A stretch of 64,000 nucleotides of DNA, from the NCBI GenBank assembly GCA_965240325.2, contig OZ251240.1:1-64000 (forward strand). The letters are read 5' to 3'. Every line of letters begins with the position of its first letter. Within the stretch, counting starts at the first letter, position 1. The stretch is from Rebecca billardiae RCC1528 (lineage: Eukaryota; Protista; Haptophyta). The notes beneath the pieces were generated by a model. It was given only the letters and a program-made list of their open reading frames with translations. It was not told the origin of the DNA and searched no databases. Positions 33,171 through 45,963 of the stretch are shown piece after piece. Both the position numbers and the translations under genes were made by a program.

Positions 33171-34010
33171 GACCCGTTGCATGCGTGAGCGCCGAAAAAA
33201 CGACACTTTGGCAGTGATAGTCATCACCGTCGCCGCATCGTGGGCATGCCGCTGCCGCCGCCGGCGGCGGCAGCGGGAGCGTGGCAGCAGATCTACCACC
33301 TTCCGCGTTACGCGCTGCGTCGTGTGCGCCAGGTGGCAGGTTTCCCAGGTCCGCCGCGCGGAAGGCAGCGTGAGCGGTCGGCGAGCGCACGGAGGTGAGA
33401 AGTAAGCGCGCATCGTGAGAGCTTCAGCAGCTTGCCCACGCGCTTCACGAAGGCGGTGTGGTTGCGTGCGCACGCCTTCTGTACCCGTACACGCGATCAA
33501 AGCGTGAGCCACTCCCTAGGTCTTGCCTGCACATCGCGGGCCGCGCCTCGTTCACGAGGACAGCACGTGTATCCGTGTACGCGCTCGCGGCCGATGGCGG
33601 CTCCCCGCGTCGAGAGCCGTTTGGCTGGAGCCGCATCCAAGGGCATATATCGTCACGGCCCCACCCGATGCTGACGCTGAGGTGGCGTGCTTGCCGAAGG
33701 TAGCCGCATTGGCTGATCTCTCTGCCTTTGGGCAACCCTTTGCAACCGCGCCGGCTCACGCTGCCAGCGCGCGCGCGGCGTGGCTTCGTGGTGGACACCT
33801 GCCCTGGGTTTTGTCGTTCGTTCTCAGCGACGGTTGGGTCGATTGACATGCGGATTGGATTGGTGCATTGCGAATCGGCTTCGCAATGCACCATTGCGCT
33901 CGGATCGGCGCGGACGTCAGCCATGCGGCAGCGCGAGCGACAAAACCGCGAGAATTCATACGCTTGTCGTTTTTTCATACGCTCACGGTTACTCACCCGT
34001 GCAACGGGTC
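33171..34010 (+). mobile_element. Non-autonomous TIR DNA transposon (840 bp), GACC...GGTC ends, 4-bp TSD TACT
   Basis: TACT|GACCCGTTGCA...TGCAACGGGTC|TACT. Diverged inverted sister copy at 54151-54996. Confidence 0.85.
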
Positions 34011-35070
34011 TACTCCGGTATTACTTTCCCCATCAGTGATAGTGGACACCCAATTAAAGGGGGTCGGAGCTGGGTCTCCCAGGGCCTTGTCACGATGAGT
34101 TAATATTGTAGTTTTATAAAAAGCTGTTTTCACCGGAATCGTGTATGATAAAGTGGATCCACGACCGAGGTAGGTGCGTGAGCAATAATACGAAAATGCC
34201 CACAATTCGGATTTTCCCTATGAAAAGTCAGCGCGGATCGACTGCCCGCGCCGGCCGCTGCCGCAACTCTCGACGGCGGTGCGCCGTTCAGTCACGTCAG
34301 CGGTTGCTCGACTGGATCTGCCATTTGGCATTTCTGCGCACACGGTCAGGGCCGTCGTCGTCTGTCTGTCTGCAACTGTTCACGGCCGTCCACCAGCCTC
34401 CAGTCCGAGGCCCAGTGGGAGCACGCGCTTGATGCGTGCTATGCCCTGTGCGGTTGTCACCTGGCTGCCTGCCCCTGCTGCTGCAACTCTCGACGGCGGC
34501 GCACCGATCAGTGTTGCTCGACTGCGGATCTGCGCACCCTGACCCGGGCCCGGCGTCGCCTCGGTTAGCTGTTCGCGGCGGCACCGCAGGCCGTCCGCCA
34601 ATGGTCCTACTACAATGACTACAATCAGAGCGGTTCAGTGACTAGCTCACTGTAGTGACAGCCCGGGCGCGCGCTTGATGCGTGCCCTGCGCAGTTGTCA
34701 GTTGTCAGGCCGCACCGCACGGGCAGGCTCTGCCACCGGCCCCGCCCCGCAGCGTCCGCAGCACCGTAGCGGGACCGTGCATGGCACCGCAGAAACACGA
34801 TTACGCGATGGAGAGGCCCCTACTCGCGCAGCTCAGTGGCGTACACCGAGCGGGTGCGCGACGGCCGCGCTCGCGCTGCTCGCGCCGTGTGCCAGCTGTC
34901 GACACCACGGCGGCGAGTTCCCAGCCAGTAGGCCCACCTGCCATCGCTGCGGGGCGGGGGCGCGCCGGCCGGTGAGCCGCGCCGCGCGTCGGCACGCGCA
35001 GGCCGCTGCGCGCGCGCGCGCGCACCTTCTTCCCCGCTCGGCGTGGGCGCGGCGCGCGTCCGGCGGCTCG

Positions 35071-37364
35071 CTACCGCCTCGGCGGCGGCTGCGGCCGCGG
35101 CGCGCTGTGCGTCCACCGGCGTTCGGGCGGCGGCAGTGGCGGCGGCGCGCGGCCGTGACGCGCGTCGGCGTACGGGTGGGGCGGTGGTCCGCGCAGGGCG
35201 TGCGCGTGCGCGTGGGGCGGCGGCCGCTGCGGCGGCGGCATCTGCTGCTGCTGCTGCTGCTGCGCGTACGGCGCGTGCGGCACGTGCGCCGGCCGCGGCG
35301 GCTGCTGCCAGTGCGCGGGCGCGGGGTGCTGCGGGTAGGGCGGCTGGTACGCGGGGCCCGGGCCGCCCGCGCCCGGGGGCGGGCCGTGCAGCCCGCCCGG
35401 CGCGCCGACGCCCGCGGCCGGGACGCCCGCGGCGCGTGGCGGCAGCGGCGGCGGCAGTGGCGGCGGCGGCGGCCCGTCGTCGGCGGCGGGCGCGTCCGCG
35501 GCGCGTGGCGCGGAGGCCTGCACGCTGAGCGTGCGCAGCCGCTGCTCGAGGAAGGAGCCTGCGCAGGAGGGGCCGGCAGGCAGAGGGGCGCGGGGGTGGG
35601 GCGAGGGGGTGGGCGCGCGCGCACACGCGCCGCGCCGCGCGCCGGCTGCGCGCGCACACACGCGCACACGCGCGCGCACCGTACTGGTCGAGCTTGTTGT
35701 CCGGGGGCGGCGGCGTGCACGCGGAGAGCGCGTGCCGGATGCGCTGCGTGAGCGCGCCCAGCCCCGCGCCCAGCGCGTGCTGCCTGCACGCCGGCGCCGC
35801 GCCCCAGCGCGCGCCCACCTCCGCCGCGCCGCCGTTGCGCGCCGGAGCGTCCGCGGCCGCGCGCGCGCCCGGCCCCGCCAGCTCAAAGCGGCCGCGGCCG
35901 ACGGGCGTGTGCCGCCCCGCGCGCAGCGCGGCGCCGTCGGCGAGCGAGACGGCCGCGCCCGCGTACTCGCACACCGGCCGCGCCCCCTCCGACGCGGCGC
36001 GCTGCGGCAGCGCGGCGGGCGGCGGGCCCCAGTGCGCGTGCGGCAGCGGCGGCGCGCCCCACGCGCCCGGCGGCGCGGTGCAGCACGCGCACAGCGGCGG
36101 CGGCTCGGCGGCGCGCGCGCCCGGCGGCAGCGGCGGCGGCATCGGCGCGGGCTGCGCGGGCGGGGGCGGGCGCTCGAAGGGCGGCGGCTCGGCCGGGTGC
36201 GGCGCCGGCCGGTGCGCGGGCGGCGCCGGCATCGGCGGCGGCGGGCCCCAGTGCGTGCGCGCGGGCGGCGAGGGCGGCCGCGCGCCCGCGCCGCGCCGCG
36301 CGTCGCGCTCGTCGCCGCGCCAGCCGGCGCGCGGCGAGCGCGAGCGCGAGCGGCCGCGCCACCGCGGCGGCGAGCGCGAGCGCGAGCGCGAGCGCGAGCG
36401 CGAGCGCGAGCGCGAGCGCGAGCGGCGGCGGTGCCGGTGGTGGTGGCGGCGGCGGTGGCGCGGCCGCGAGCGCGAGCGCGAGCGCGAGCGGCGCGGCCGG
36501 CGCGCGTGCTCGGCGCGCACGCGCGCGTCGGCGCGGCGCCGGGCGTGCCACGGCGCCCGGCCGGGCGGCGAGTCCGACGCCGAGCGCGAGAGCGGCGAGC
36601 GCGAGTACGAGGAGGGCGAGCGCGAGGAGGAGGACGGGGACGACGAGCGGCGGCGGCGCGGCGAGCGCGAGCGCGAGCGGCCGCGGCCCGGGCTGCGCTC
36701 GGCGCGCGCGCCGTGCGCAGCGCCGCGGCCCTCGGCGGCACTGGCCGGGCGCGCGCCGTCGCGCGCCGCCGCCGAGGCCGCTGGCTGCGCGGCTGGTGCG
36801 GGCGGTGGCGGCTGGGCCTGCGGCCGCGGCGGCGGCGGCGGCTGTGCAGTTGGCGGCTGCTGCTGCGGCGGCGGCGGCGGCTGCGGCGGCGGCGGCTGCT
36901 GCGACGGCGGCGGCGGCTGCCCCTGCAGGTGCGGCCCCTTGGTCCCCTTCTTCATCTGGCTGAGCAGGCCCATGCCAATGGACGTGATGGCCGCCGCCGC
37001 CGCGCTGCCGCCCTCCTGCTTGCACGCCGACCTGCCGCCCGCGCCGCCGCCGCACGCGCCCAGCAGCGGCGGCGGGCAGCTCGGCCGCGCCTGCCTGCCC
37101 GCCCCCGCGCCGACGCCGGGTGCGCGCCTGGGGCCGGCCGCTGCGCCGCCAGGCCCGCTCCCGGGCGTGCTCGGCGCGGCGTGCCCCGTGCGCGGCCGCT
37201 TGCCCTCCGCGCCGTCCGGCGGCGCGGCCGGCAGCCGCTTGGCGCCCGACGCGCCGCCAGCCGCGGCGGGCGCGGCCGCGGGTGCCACCGCCGCCACTGC
37301 TTGGGCGGCGGGCGCGGCGGCAGGCGCGGCGACGGGCTCGCCGGCGGGCGCTGCGGCGGCGGGC

Positions 37365-37419
<55 letters not shown>

Positions 37420-37460
37420 GCGCTGCGGCGGCGGGCGCGGCGGGCGCTGCGGCGGCGGGC

Positions 37461-37515
<55 letters not shown>

Positions 37516-37580
37516 GCTCGCCGTCGGCGGGCGCGGCGGGCTCGCCGGCGGCGGGCGCAGCGGGCGCGGCGGCGGCAGGC

Positions 37581-37611
<31 letters not shown>

Positions 37612-38473
37612 GCGCGGCGACGGCGGGCGCGGGCGCGCAGGCGGCGGGCGGCTCCGCGGCCTCGGCCGTGGGCGCGGCCGCGCCGTCGGCGGCGGGCGCC
37701 TCCTCGGCGGCCGGCGGGCGCTGCTGCGCGCGGCTGCGGCTGCGCAGCCTGCGCGTGCGCCCGTTGGGCGGCTGCGGCCACTCCTCCCGCGGCCCCTCCT
37801 CCGACGCCTCCTCCGGCGCCTCCCCCTCGTCGTCGCCCTCCGCCTCCGCCTCCCCCGGCGCGGCGCCTCCGCCTCCGCCCGAGGGCGCGGCGGCGGCAGC
37901 GTGAGCAGCGCACCCGTCCGCGCGCGCGGCGTGCGCCGCCTCGGGGTGCGCCTGCGAGAACTCTGCGATCTTGCGCGTGGCGTGCCGTGCGCACCAGTAC
38001 GCGCGCCTGCCGCTGCTGTCGGGCACCATGTGCGTGGCCGCCTTCTTGCACACGCCGCGCCCCACCAGCGAGGCGCACGGCATGCGCGAGCCCTCCACCA
38101 GCACCTCCACGCCCGCGGAGGCGGCCTCCTCCTCCTCCTCCGCCTCCTCCGCCTCCGCCGCCTCCTCCTCCTCCGCCTCCGCCTCGGCGGTGCCTCCGGC
38201 ACCACCGCCACCGCCGCGCTTGCCGTCGTCGTCGTCGTCGCCGCCGCCGCCGCTGCCGCTGCCGCCGCCGCTGCCGCTGCCGTTGGCGGCACCGTCGCCA
38301 GCGCCCGCGTCCGCGCCGCCCTCGGCCGCGCGGTCGTCGTCGCCCTCGTCGTCGCCCTGCTCCGAGGGCGCGCCCGAGCGCGCTTCGTGCGACTCGTCGC
38401 ACGCGCCGTCCTCGTCCCCGCCGCCGCCGCCGCCGCGCTCCGCGGTGGGCGGCGGCGCGCCCACCTGCGCCAT
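35071..38473 (-). CDS. Low-complexity protein: acidic tract, CCCH-like motif, Ala/Pro repeats, RS domain (SR-related), Pro/Gln-rich tail
   Basis: Long open frame with (RS)n tracts. Intron 35559-35679 joins NKLDQYG to SFLEQRLRTL. Start codon uncertain. Confidence 0.6.
37350..37625 (-). repeat. 18-bp coding tandem repeat (APAAAA/PAAPAA)
   Basis: About 15 copies of a GCGGCGGCGGGCGCGGCGGGC-type unit. Confidence 0.85.
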
Positions 38474-39713
38474 GCGCCGACGGCCGCGTGCCCGCAGGCG
38501 CTCGCCACGCCGCGCGAGCGCGCCGGCACATGGCCGCGCCGCCGCGCGCCGCGCCGTGCCGCACGGGCCGCGCGGCGCGGCGGAGCGCGGCGGCGCGCGC
38601 TCGGCGCCGGCTGCGGCTGTCGGCCGCAGCGCCCGCGCGGCCGTCGTCGCCACGCACCTCGGCCGCCGAGCGGCGGAGAGCGGGTCGCGCGCAGCCGATT
38701 CGGCGCGCGAAGCCGCCGGCGGGCGCGCCCTCAGGCGCCGCCGGCCGCGATGCGCGTCGCCGCCGCGCGCCGCGCACGCCGGCCGCGCGGCGCCGATGCT
38801 GGCGGCGGCCGCCATCGCGGGGGCGGCTGCGCGCACGGGCAGACCGCCAAGCGTCTGCGTCGCGCGCTCCGCCGCGCGCGCTGCGTGCGCACGCTGCGCG
38901 CCGGGCTCGGCGGTACGTGCGGCCTCGTCGGCAGGGCGCAGCCCGCGCGCGCCTTCCGGCTCTCGCCTCATCTGCGCAGGCGGCGCGCGAGTCAGTCAAG
39001 CCACGGCGGACAGATGATATTCCTTTGAGGTCAGTGCCGCGTCATCTGACGCGCGGGCGAGGCAGTCAGCTTCCAGCTCAACTGATGCCGCACGCCGCCT
39101 TTCGCCCGCGACGGCTTTTCACTCTGACACCGCTGAGTCCTGATGTGCCGTATCTTGAGTCGGAGCAGCCCACTGCGCACCGCGGGAGGCAGCAGACGCG
39201 GAGGAGAAGGATGCAAACGTGCATGTATTTGTATAGAGAGAGAGATAGATATAGATAGATATATAAGACGCCACCTGGCCGGGCGCGTGTACCTCGAGTA
39301 GTCGCGCCGATGAGGCGGCAATCGAGTCGCGCGCGCGCCGCCGCTTATACACTCGACGGCATCAGTCGATCGGCTGTCGTCGTCGTCGTCGTCGGTCATC
39401 GTCGCCCCGCGCAGCTGGCACGGGCCAGCGCAGTCGTGGACGGGCGGGCAGAGTAGCCGCACGTGCTCTAGGCGAGCCGCGTTGCGCGCGCGCCCGCTCC
39501 AAGTCCAGCACGCTCGCGCCGCGGCCCGCGAGGGCGCGCGCGAGCGCGCCAGCCCCCGGTGCGGGGCCAAGGGGCGCGGCGAGGGCGGCCGGGCGCACGC
39601 GCCGCTCGTCGCCCGGCGGGCCACGGGCGACGCGCGCGAGAGGCAGCATCGGCCGGGCCCCGCGCGCGGCTGCCCGCGCGCGCGCCCCCGCGCGCTGGGC
39701 GCGTGCGCCCGCC

Positions 39714-41539
39714 CTACTTGGCGGTCTCCCCCGGCTTTGCGTCCGGGAACGCGTCCGCCTTGGCGCGCGGCATGCTGAAGGGCGTGGGCGGCAGCGCCTC
39801 TGCCCGGATGAACTCGTCGCGCGGGAACTCGTACGTGTTCTGCGCGCGCAGGGGGCGGGGCGCGCGCTCAGCGGCCGCGCGCGCGCGCCGCTCCCTGCGC
39901 GCCCTCCGCGGCGCGCGCACCTTGTGCGCGACGATCTGGTAGCAGGTGGCGCTGCCCGCGCCGGACGCGACCACGCTCCAGCCGAGGAAGATGGTCCACA
40001 GGTTGCACAGGAACGCGGGGTACTTCTTGCGCATCGCGCCCTGGTTGGCGAGCCAGTTGGTGTACCAGTAGCGCATCGTGTGCGAGTAGTGCCGCCCGAT
40101 CGTCTCGACGCTCTGCACCTCGAACCCCGCCTTCTCCATCTCCAGCACGTACCTGCGCCCGCGCGGCGCCGGCCACGCGCGCACGCGCGCACGGCCGGCC
40201 AGCGCGCCAGCGGGGCGGCGGGCGCGCGTCAGGCGGCGCGCCCCCCTCGCGCGCCCTCGCGCGCGCTCGCGCGCTCTCGCGCGCACGCGCACCAGTTGAG
40301 CGGCGTCGACGCGTCGGCCCCGGGGAAGATGTACTTGGACATGAAGAGGCCCCACGCGGTGTCCTCCCAGTTCGAGCCCTTGCGCAGCCCCGAGACCTGC
40401 ATGAGGAAGGTGCCGTCGTCGTGCAGCAGCTCCTTCACAATCGACAGGTACGTGCCAAAGTTGTTCAGGCCCACGTGCTCCGCCATCTCGATCGAGGCGA
40501 TGCGCTTGAACGCGCCGACGCCCTTGGCGGGGAGCTCGCGGTAGTCGCCGTACACGATGCGCACCTTCTCCTCGCCCAGCCCCTCCTGCGCGTTCTTCGC
40601 CTCGCACCACTTCTTGCCCTCGACCGAGAGCGTGATGCCGGTCGAGGTGGCGCCGTGCTGCTTGGCCGCGTGCCGCGCGAGCGTGCCCCAGCCGCAGCCG
40701 ATGTCGAGGAAGGCGTCGCCCGGCTGCACGCCGAGCTTGGTGCACACGGTGTTGAGCTTGTTGAACTGCGCCTCCTCGAGGCTCTGCCCCTTCCCGCCGT
40801 GGAAGATGCCGCACGTGTACACCATGCTCGGCCCCATGAACGCGCGGAAGAAGTCGTTGCCGCGGTCGTAGTGGTCGGCGATCTCGCGCTTGGTCGCGAG
40901 CAGCGACTTGAACGAGGTGGAGAGCTGCGGGAAGGCCTGCACGATGAGGAAGCGGATGATCGAGAACGTCGGCCGCCACGCGATGAACTCGTGCCGGTGG
41001 TGCTCCAGCGCGTCGAGCAGGTCGCCCTTGAAGGTGAGCTTGCCCTCGCAGTACGCCTCGTACAGCACGCAGATCGGGATGCGCTTCTTGCCCCACCGGG
41101 CCTCGAGGCGCGCGTCGGCGAAGGCGAGGAAGCGCGCCGTGTCCGCGGGCGGCGTGTTCAGGTACGCCAGCTCGTAATACGCGTACGCCGCGGCGTACAG
41201 CGCCGCCACCGCCCACACGCCCACCGCGCGCGAGAGGGTGAACACGAGCAGCGGCTGCGCGCCGATGCCGAGCGGGATGGCGAGGATGAGCACGGCGGTG
41301 CTGTCGGTCCACGAGTTGGCCATCGAGAGGCCCACCTGGATCTTCTCGCGCGCGCCGCCCTGCGAGCACAGGCCGAGCACCGCGCTCAGCCCGGCGACGG
41401 TCGGCAGCAGGAAGAGCTGCGGGTTGGCCGCGCACAGGTGCATGCCGAGCGGCAGCAGCACGCAGAAGATGAGCGCGAGCGCGAGCAGCGCGAGGTTGGC
41501 CGGGTCGACGCCCGTCATCTCCTCGTCCACCCCCTTCAT
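39714..41539 (-). CDS. Sphingolipid C9-methyltransferase-like enzyme (CFA synthase/SAM methyltransferase family) with N-terminal TM helices
   Basis: HYDRGNDFF...GPSMVYTCG, LDIGCGWGTL, IEMAEHVG, WEDTAWGLFMSKYIFPGADASTPL. Introns 40153-40292 and 39840-39920. Confidence 0.85.
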
Positions 41540-41840
41540 CCTCGAGCCGGGGCGGGCGCCCGAGTGGGGTCGGGCGGCGGGCGAGCGAGGCGGCGGAGAG
41601 GGCGCGACAGCGGGTGCCGCGGCGGCGCTTGGGTTCAGCCCTTGCAACGCGCGCGCGCGTGCCAGGACAAAGATGCAAAGCGCTGCTTGCTGGCTGGAGA
41701 GCTGCTGGCTGCTGCTGCTGCATTTCCGCGCGCTCCGGGCGCGGCGCCGCCGCCCGGACTCGCCGTCACGCGCCAAAAGGCCGCCGCCGCCGCCGGCGCA
41801 CGCGCAAGCAAGGGGAGCCAGCAGCAAGCAGCAGCAAGGG
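41540..41840. promoter_or_regulatory. Putative bidirectional promoter (301 bp between divergent starts)
   Basis: Head-to-head ATGs at 41539 (-) and 41841 (+). Confidence 0.45.
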
Positions 41841-43669
41841 ATGGCGACCAAGCGCGACCTCGCGACGATGCAGGCGCTCGCCGCCGGCTCGGCGGCGGGC
41901 GTCGCGAGCGGCCACGTGCACGTGACGGACATGAGCACCGCCGAGACCCACGCGCTCTCCGCCGCGTCGCAGCAGGCCATCGAGCGCCAGGCCGCGCTGC
42001 GCGAGGCGCTCGAGAAGCGCAAGCGCGCGCGCGAGCTCGCGCTCCCCACCGCCGACCCCGCGGTCAAGCAGCGGCTGCGCGAGCTCGGCGCGCCGATCTG
42101 CCTGTTCGGCGAGGGGGCGCCCGAGCGACGCGACCGGCTGCGCGAGCTGCTCGTCTCGCACGGCCCGCGCGGCGACGAGGACGAGGCGGCGGGCGCGGGC
42201 GCGGGCGCGGACGGGCCCGAGCGCGCGGACGGCGCCGGCGCGGACGACGAGGACGAGGCGGCGACGGCGGCGGAGCGCGAGCGCGTCGCGGCGGCCGAGC
42301 TCTTCTACACCGAGGGCACGCCCGCGCTCCGCGCCGCGCGGCTGCAGCTCGCGCACGAGTCGTTTACCGCCGCCGCGCAGCGCGTGGCGGCCGAGCGCGC
42401 CGCGCGCGACGCGATCGGCGCGGGCGCGGGCGGCGGCGCCGCGGCGTACGGCGCGCGCGTGCTCGAGCGCGCGCTGGGCGCGCTGAAGGGCGTGTGCGCG
42501 CAGCACTCCGCGCCGGCCGACGCGCGCCCCCTCTCCGCGCTCGCGCTCGCCGAGCCCCCGCCCGGCTGCGCGGGCGCGCCCGTGCTGGCGGTCGGCTCGT
42601 GGGGCGGCACCGTGCGCGCCTACCAGCTGCCGAGCGGCACCGCGCCGCCGGGCGGCGGGCGGGCGCTGCGCGCGCACGAGGACGGGCGCGTGAGCGGCAT
42701 CGCGTTCCACCCGCGCGCGCACGCGCTGCTCGCCGCGGCGGCGGACGGGCCGGGGTGCGCGGAGGGCGGCGCCGCGTGCGTGCTCACCGGCGGCGCGGAC
42801 GGCGTCGGCCGGCTGTGGAGCGCAGACGCGCTGCTCGGCGGCGGCGGCGGCGGCGGCGGCGGCGCGGAGGCGGAGGCGGCGGTGGCGCGGGCGGAGCTGC
42901 GCGGGCACGCGGACAGGCTGGCGCGCGTGTGCTGGCACCCGCACGGCGCGCTGGCCGCCACCGCCTCGTTCGACTGCACGTGGCGCCTGTGGGACGTGGG
43001 CGTGGGGCGGTGCCTGCTGCTGCAGGTGGGCGCCTCGCGCCCCGTGTACGCCCTCGTGCGCGCACGCGCACGCGCACGCGCACGCCCGCGCGCACGCCCA
43101 GGCGCGGCGCGCCGCTCAGCCGGCCGCGCCGCCCCCTCCGCCCGCCGCCCGCCGCCCCGCAGGCGTTCCACCCGGACGGCTCGCTGTGCGTGTCCGCGGG
43201 GCTGGACGCGCTCGTGCGCGTGTGGGACCTGCGCTCGGGCAAGTGCGTGCAGGCCTTCCCCGGGCACCAGCGGCAGGTGCTGTGCGTGGCCGCCTCGCCC
43301 GACGGGCACACGCTCGCCTCGGGCTCGGCCGACCACACGGTGCGGCTGTGGGACCTCCGCCGCCGCCGCGCGCTGCACACCATCCCGGCGCACACCGCGC
43401 TCGTCTCCGCCGTCGCGTTTGGGTGCGCGGCCGCCCCCGCCGGGCTGCGCGGCGGGTACGTGTGCTCCGCCTCCTTTGACGGCAGCGTGCGCATGTGGGA
43501 CGCGCGCGTGCAGCTGGGCGCGCCGCTCAAGGCGCTGGACGGGCACGAGGCGCGCATCACCGACGCGCTCGTCTCCGCCACCGACGCGTGCGCGGTCACG
43601 TGCTCGCACGACCGCACGTGGAAGCTGTGGGCCAAGGACGGCTTCATGAAGGCCGACGCGCACGGCTGA
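41841..43669 (+). CDS. PRP4: U4/U6 snRNP protein Prp4 (PRP4 motif + WD40 repeats)
   Basis: PTADPAVKQRLRELGAPICLFGEGAPERRDRLRELL, FYTEG, WD40 repeats. Intron 43056-43162 gives SRPVYAL|AFHPDGSL. Confidence 0.92.
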
Positions 43670-44100
43670 GCACAGCGGGCCGCGCGGCGCGTCCAAAGCC
43701 GCCAGTGCAGCGCCCGGCACCCCGGCCGCCGGGCCGACGAACGGCATCGACCGCGCACGCGCCGCACGCCGCCGCGGGGCGCGCGCGCCAGCGGCTCCGG
43801 GTGGGCGCGCCGGAAGAATCCGCCCGCACTGGTCATGCGTGCCCGGACCGGACCTGAAGCGGCCGACTGGCCGAGTGCGACGGCGACCGCCGGACCGGCC
43901 AGGCGGCACCTGGCGGGTGACGGGTGACGACGATATGCTATTCAGTTTTCGTCGTAGCGCGCGCGTTGTGCGTCGTGTGCCGAGTGAGGACTGCTCCGTC
44001 GGGCAGATCCAGCCTGGCATCATCAGTGTCATCGTCCTATACGATTTAATATATTAAATATAAATTTTATTATTTTTAAAAATATATGCATCATGCTGCT

Positions 44101-45015
44101 GGCCTGTTTTATTTCTACGAGAGCCCAAAGGCGCGACATTCGCCAAAACGCGGCGGAACAATGGCGGCTTGCCCGCTGGTGCGGGCGCCGGAGCTAGTCC
44201 GGAGTAGTGATGGCACGTCATTCGCGCATTCTCGTGTTGATGCGCTGCGCTGTAGCGAAGAATGTTGTCAGACATGCTGCCTCGCCTTGCCGTGGTGCTT
44301 CGCCTTGACACAGGGGTCACTCGCGGTGCACGGCAGTGTGTACGATGCAGCCGGCGAGCGGCGGGCAAACCGCCGCAGCTGCAGGCCCTCTGCAAGCTGC
44401 AAGCACTCTGCCTTGGCTGCATCGCACCCGTGTCAGTTAGCGACCAGTTCACAGCCAGATAGACTGCAATCGCCACCAGCTCTAAACGCTCCGCCGCCAC
44501 TACCTTGTCGAGCTTGAGATGCTTCCGTTCGGCGTGCGCTTGCATGCAGCTTGCCGCCTGCATTTGAACGTGAGCGCGGAAGGTTGGTAGGCCGGATGCT
44601 CAGGCCTCCTCGGCGTAAAATACGACAAGGTGCGTGCCACGCGCACCCATGACGCGCGGAAAGGCGTGCACACGTCTCCTGGCGCATCTGGCAGGCTGCA
44701 GTCTTGGCCAAGATGATGAGAACAAGCCTGCAATCGCTCGCCGCGCGGGCGCAGAGCGCGCGGAGAGTTTTGGGATACGACCCATGGTGTTGGATGTACC
44801 TCGTGTGCGACAACGACGAGGCGGACGAGCGCCGCAACTGGATTCCTGCACTCACCGGTCACCGAGGAGTGCAGGAATCGCGTTCCTCGCGCACGTGGGG
44901 GCCGCCATCGGCCGTGAGAGGTACATCCAACGGGGCGTGACACCGATTCCCACCGGCGGGCAGGGGTTTGTCGCCGTGACATAGGAAATGGAATCTGGTA
45001 GAAATAAAACAGGCC
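44101..45015. mobile_element. Non-autonomous TIR DNA transposon (915 bp), GGCC ends, 4-bp TSD TGCT
   Basis: TGCT|GGCCTGTTTTATTTCTAC...GTAGAAATAAAACAGGCC|TGCT (18-bp perfect TIR). Confidence 0.8.
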
Positions 45016-45202
45016 TGCTGTGTGACTGTGTGTGTGTAGTGTATCCATTCGCCGCGCGTAATAACGTAGCAGCCTACTGTAGCCAGCCTCAACGACGACG
45101 GTATCAGCATCACCAGGATTGTCGTATACGCGACATATATACGTAGCGCGCGCGCTGCCAATGATGAGAGTGCAAACTACCTGCTCGGGGCCGACCGCCT
45201 CG

Positions 45203-45766
45203 TCAGCCGATCAGGAAGAAGCGCGCGGCGAGGAGGGCGACGGAGAGCGAGGTGACCAGCGTGCTCACGTTGAACTTGAGCGTGTCGACCTTGGACGCCT
45301 CCGAGTTCGCGCGCATCTCCGCCAGCTTGGTGTCCTCGGTCGCGACGAAGTCGCGCACGCGCGCCTCCTGCGCGCCCGCCGCCTCGCGCACGCGGATGCG
45401 CTCGTGCGCCGCGCGCAGCCGGCGCTCCTGCGCGGCGCGGTCGAGCATCTGGCGGTACTCGCGGCGGAGCGACGACAGGTCCGCCTGGAACGCGGCCATC
45501 TCGATGCGCAGCAGGCTCTTCGTCGCGCGGCGCTGCGAGACGAGGTGCGCGTCCACCATCCGCTCGAGCCGCGCGTGGCCGGAGCTCACAAACGCGCGCG
45601 CGTCCTCCGTGGCGGTGAGGGACGTGTCGCGGACCACGCCGCGCAGGCCCTCCTCCTGCGTCTTGCTGATCGGCCGGCCGCCGCCGCCGCCTCGCGCCGC
45701 CTGGCTCAGCGGCCGGCGCAGCGCGCGCGAGAGCGCCCGCCGAGCCGGTGCGAGTCGCGCCGCCAT
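45203..45766 (-). CDS. DUF1640 (CCDC90/MCUR1/Fmp32-like) mitochondrial coiled-coil membrane protein
   Basis: Arg-rich transit-like N-terminus, coiled coil, EASKVDTLKF, C-terminal TM ending in RFF. Confidence 0.7.
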   Translation of the reverse strand: MAARLAPARRALSRALRRPLSQAARGGGGGRPISKTQEEGLRGVVRDTSLTATEDARAFVSSGHARLERMVDAHLVSQRRATKSLLRIEMAAFQADLSSLRREYRQMLDRAAQERRLRAAHERIRVREAAGAQEARVRDFVATEDTKLAEMRANSEASKVDTLKFNVSTLVTSLSVALLAARFFLIG

Positions 45767-45963
45767 CGCCCGGTGGGTGCGGCCCCGGGCGGGCGGGTGC
45801 GCGGTTGAGCAGAGAGCAACTTGAGAGAAGGCGACCCAACCGCCCTGCCCCGCCGACAGGCAGGCACCCGCACGCGCGCGCGCCCCCAGGGCCGCGCCGA
45901 GCGAGCCACGCGCGGGCCGCGGGCGCCGCGGCACCGCCGAGCGGCGCACCGTCCGACCCCGCC

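Noticed and set aside
34263-34540. Diverged ~55-bp direct repeat (GCAACTCTCGACGGCGG...)
   Set aside because: Real but short and degenerate; no boundaries or function can be supported.
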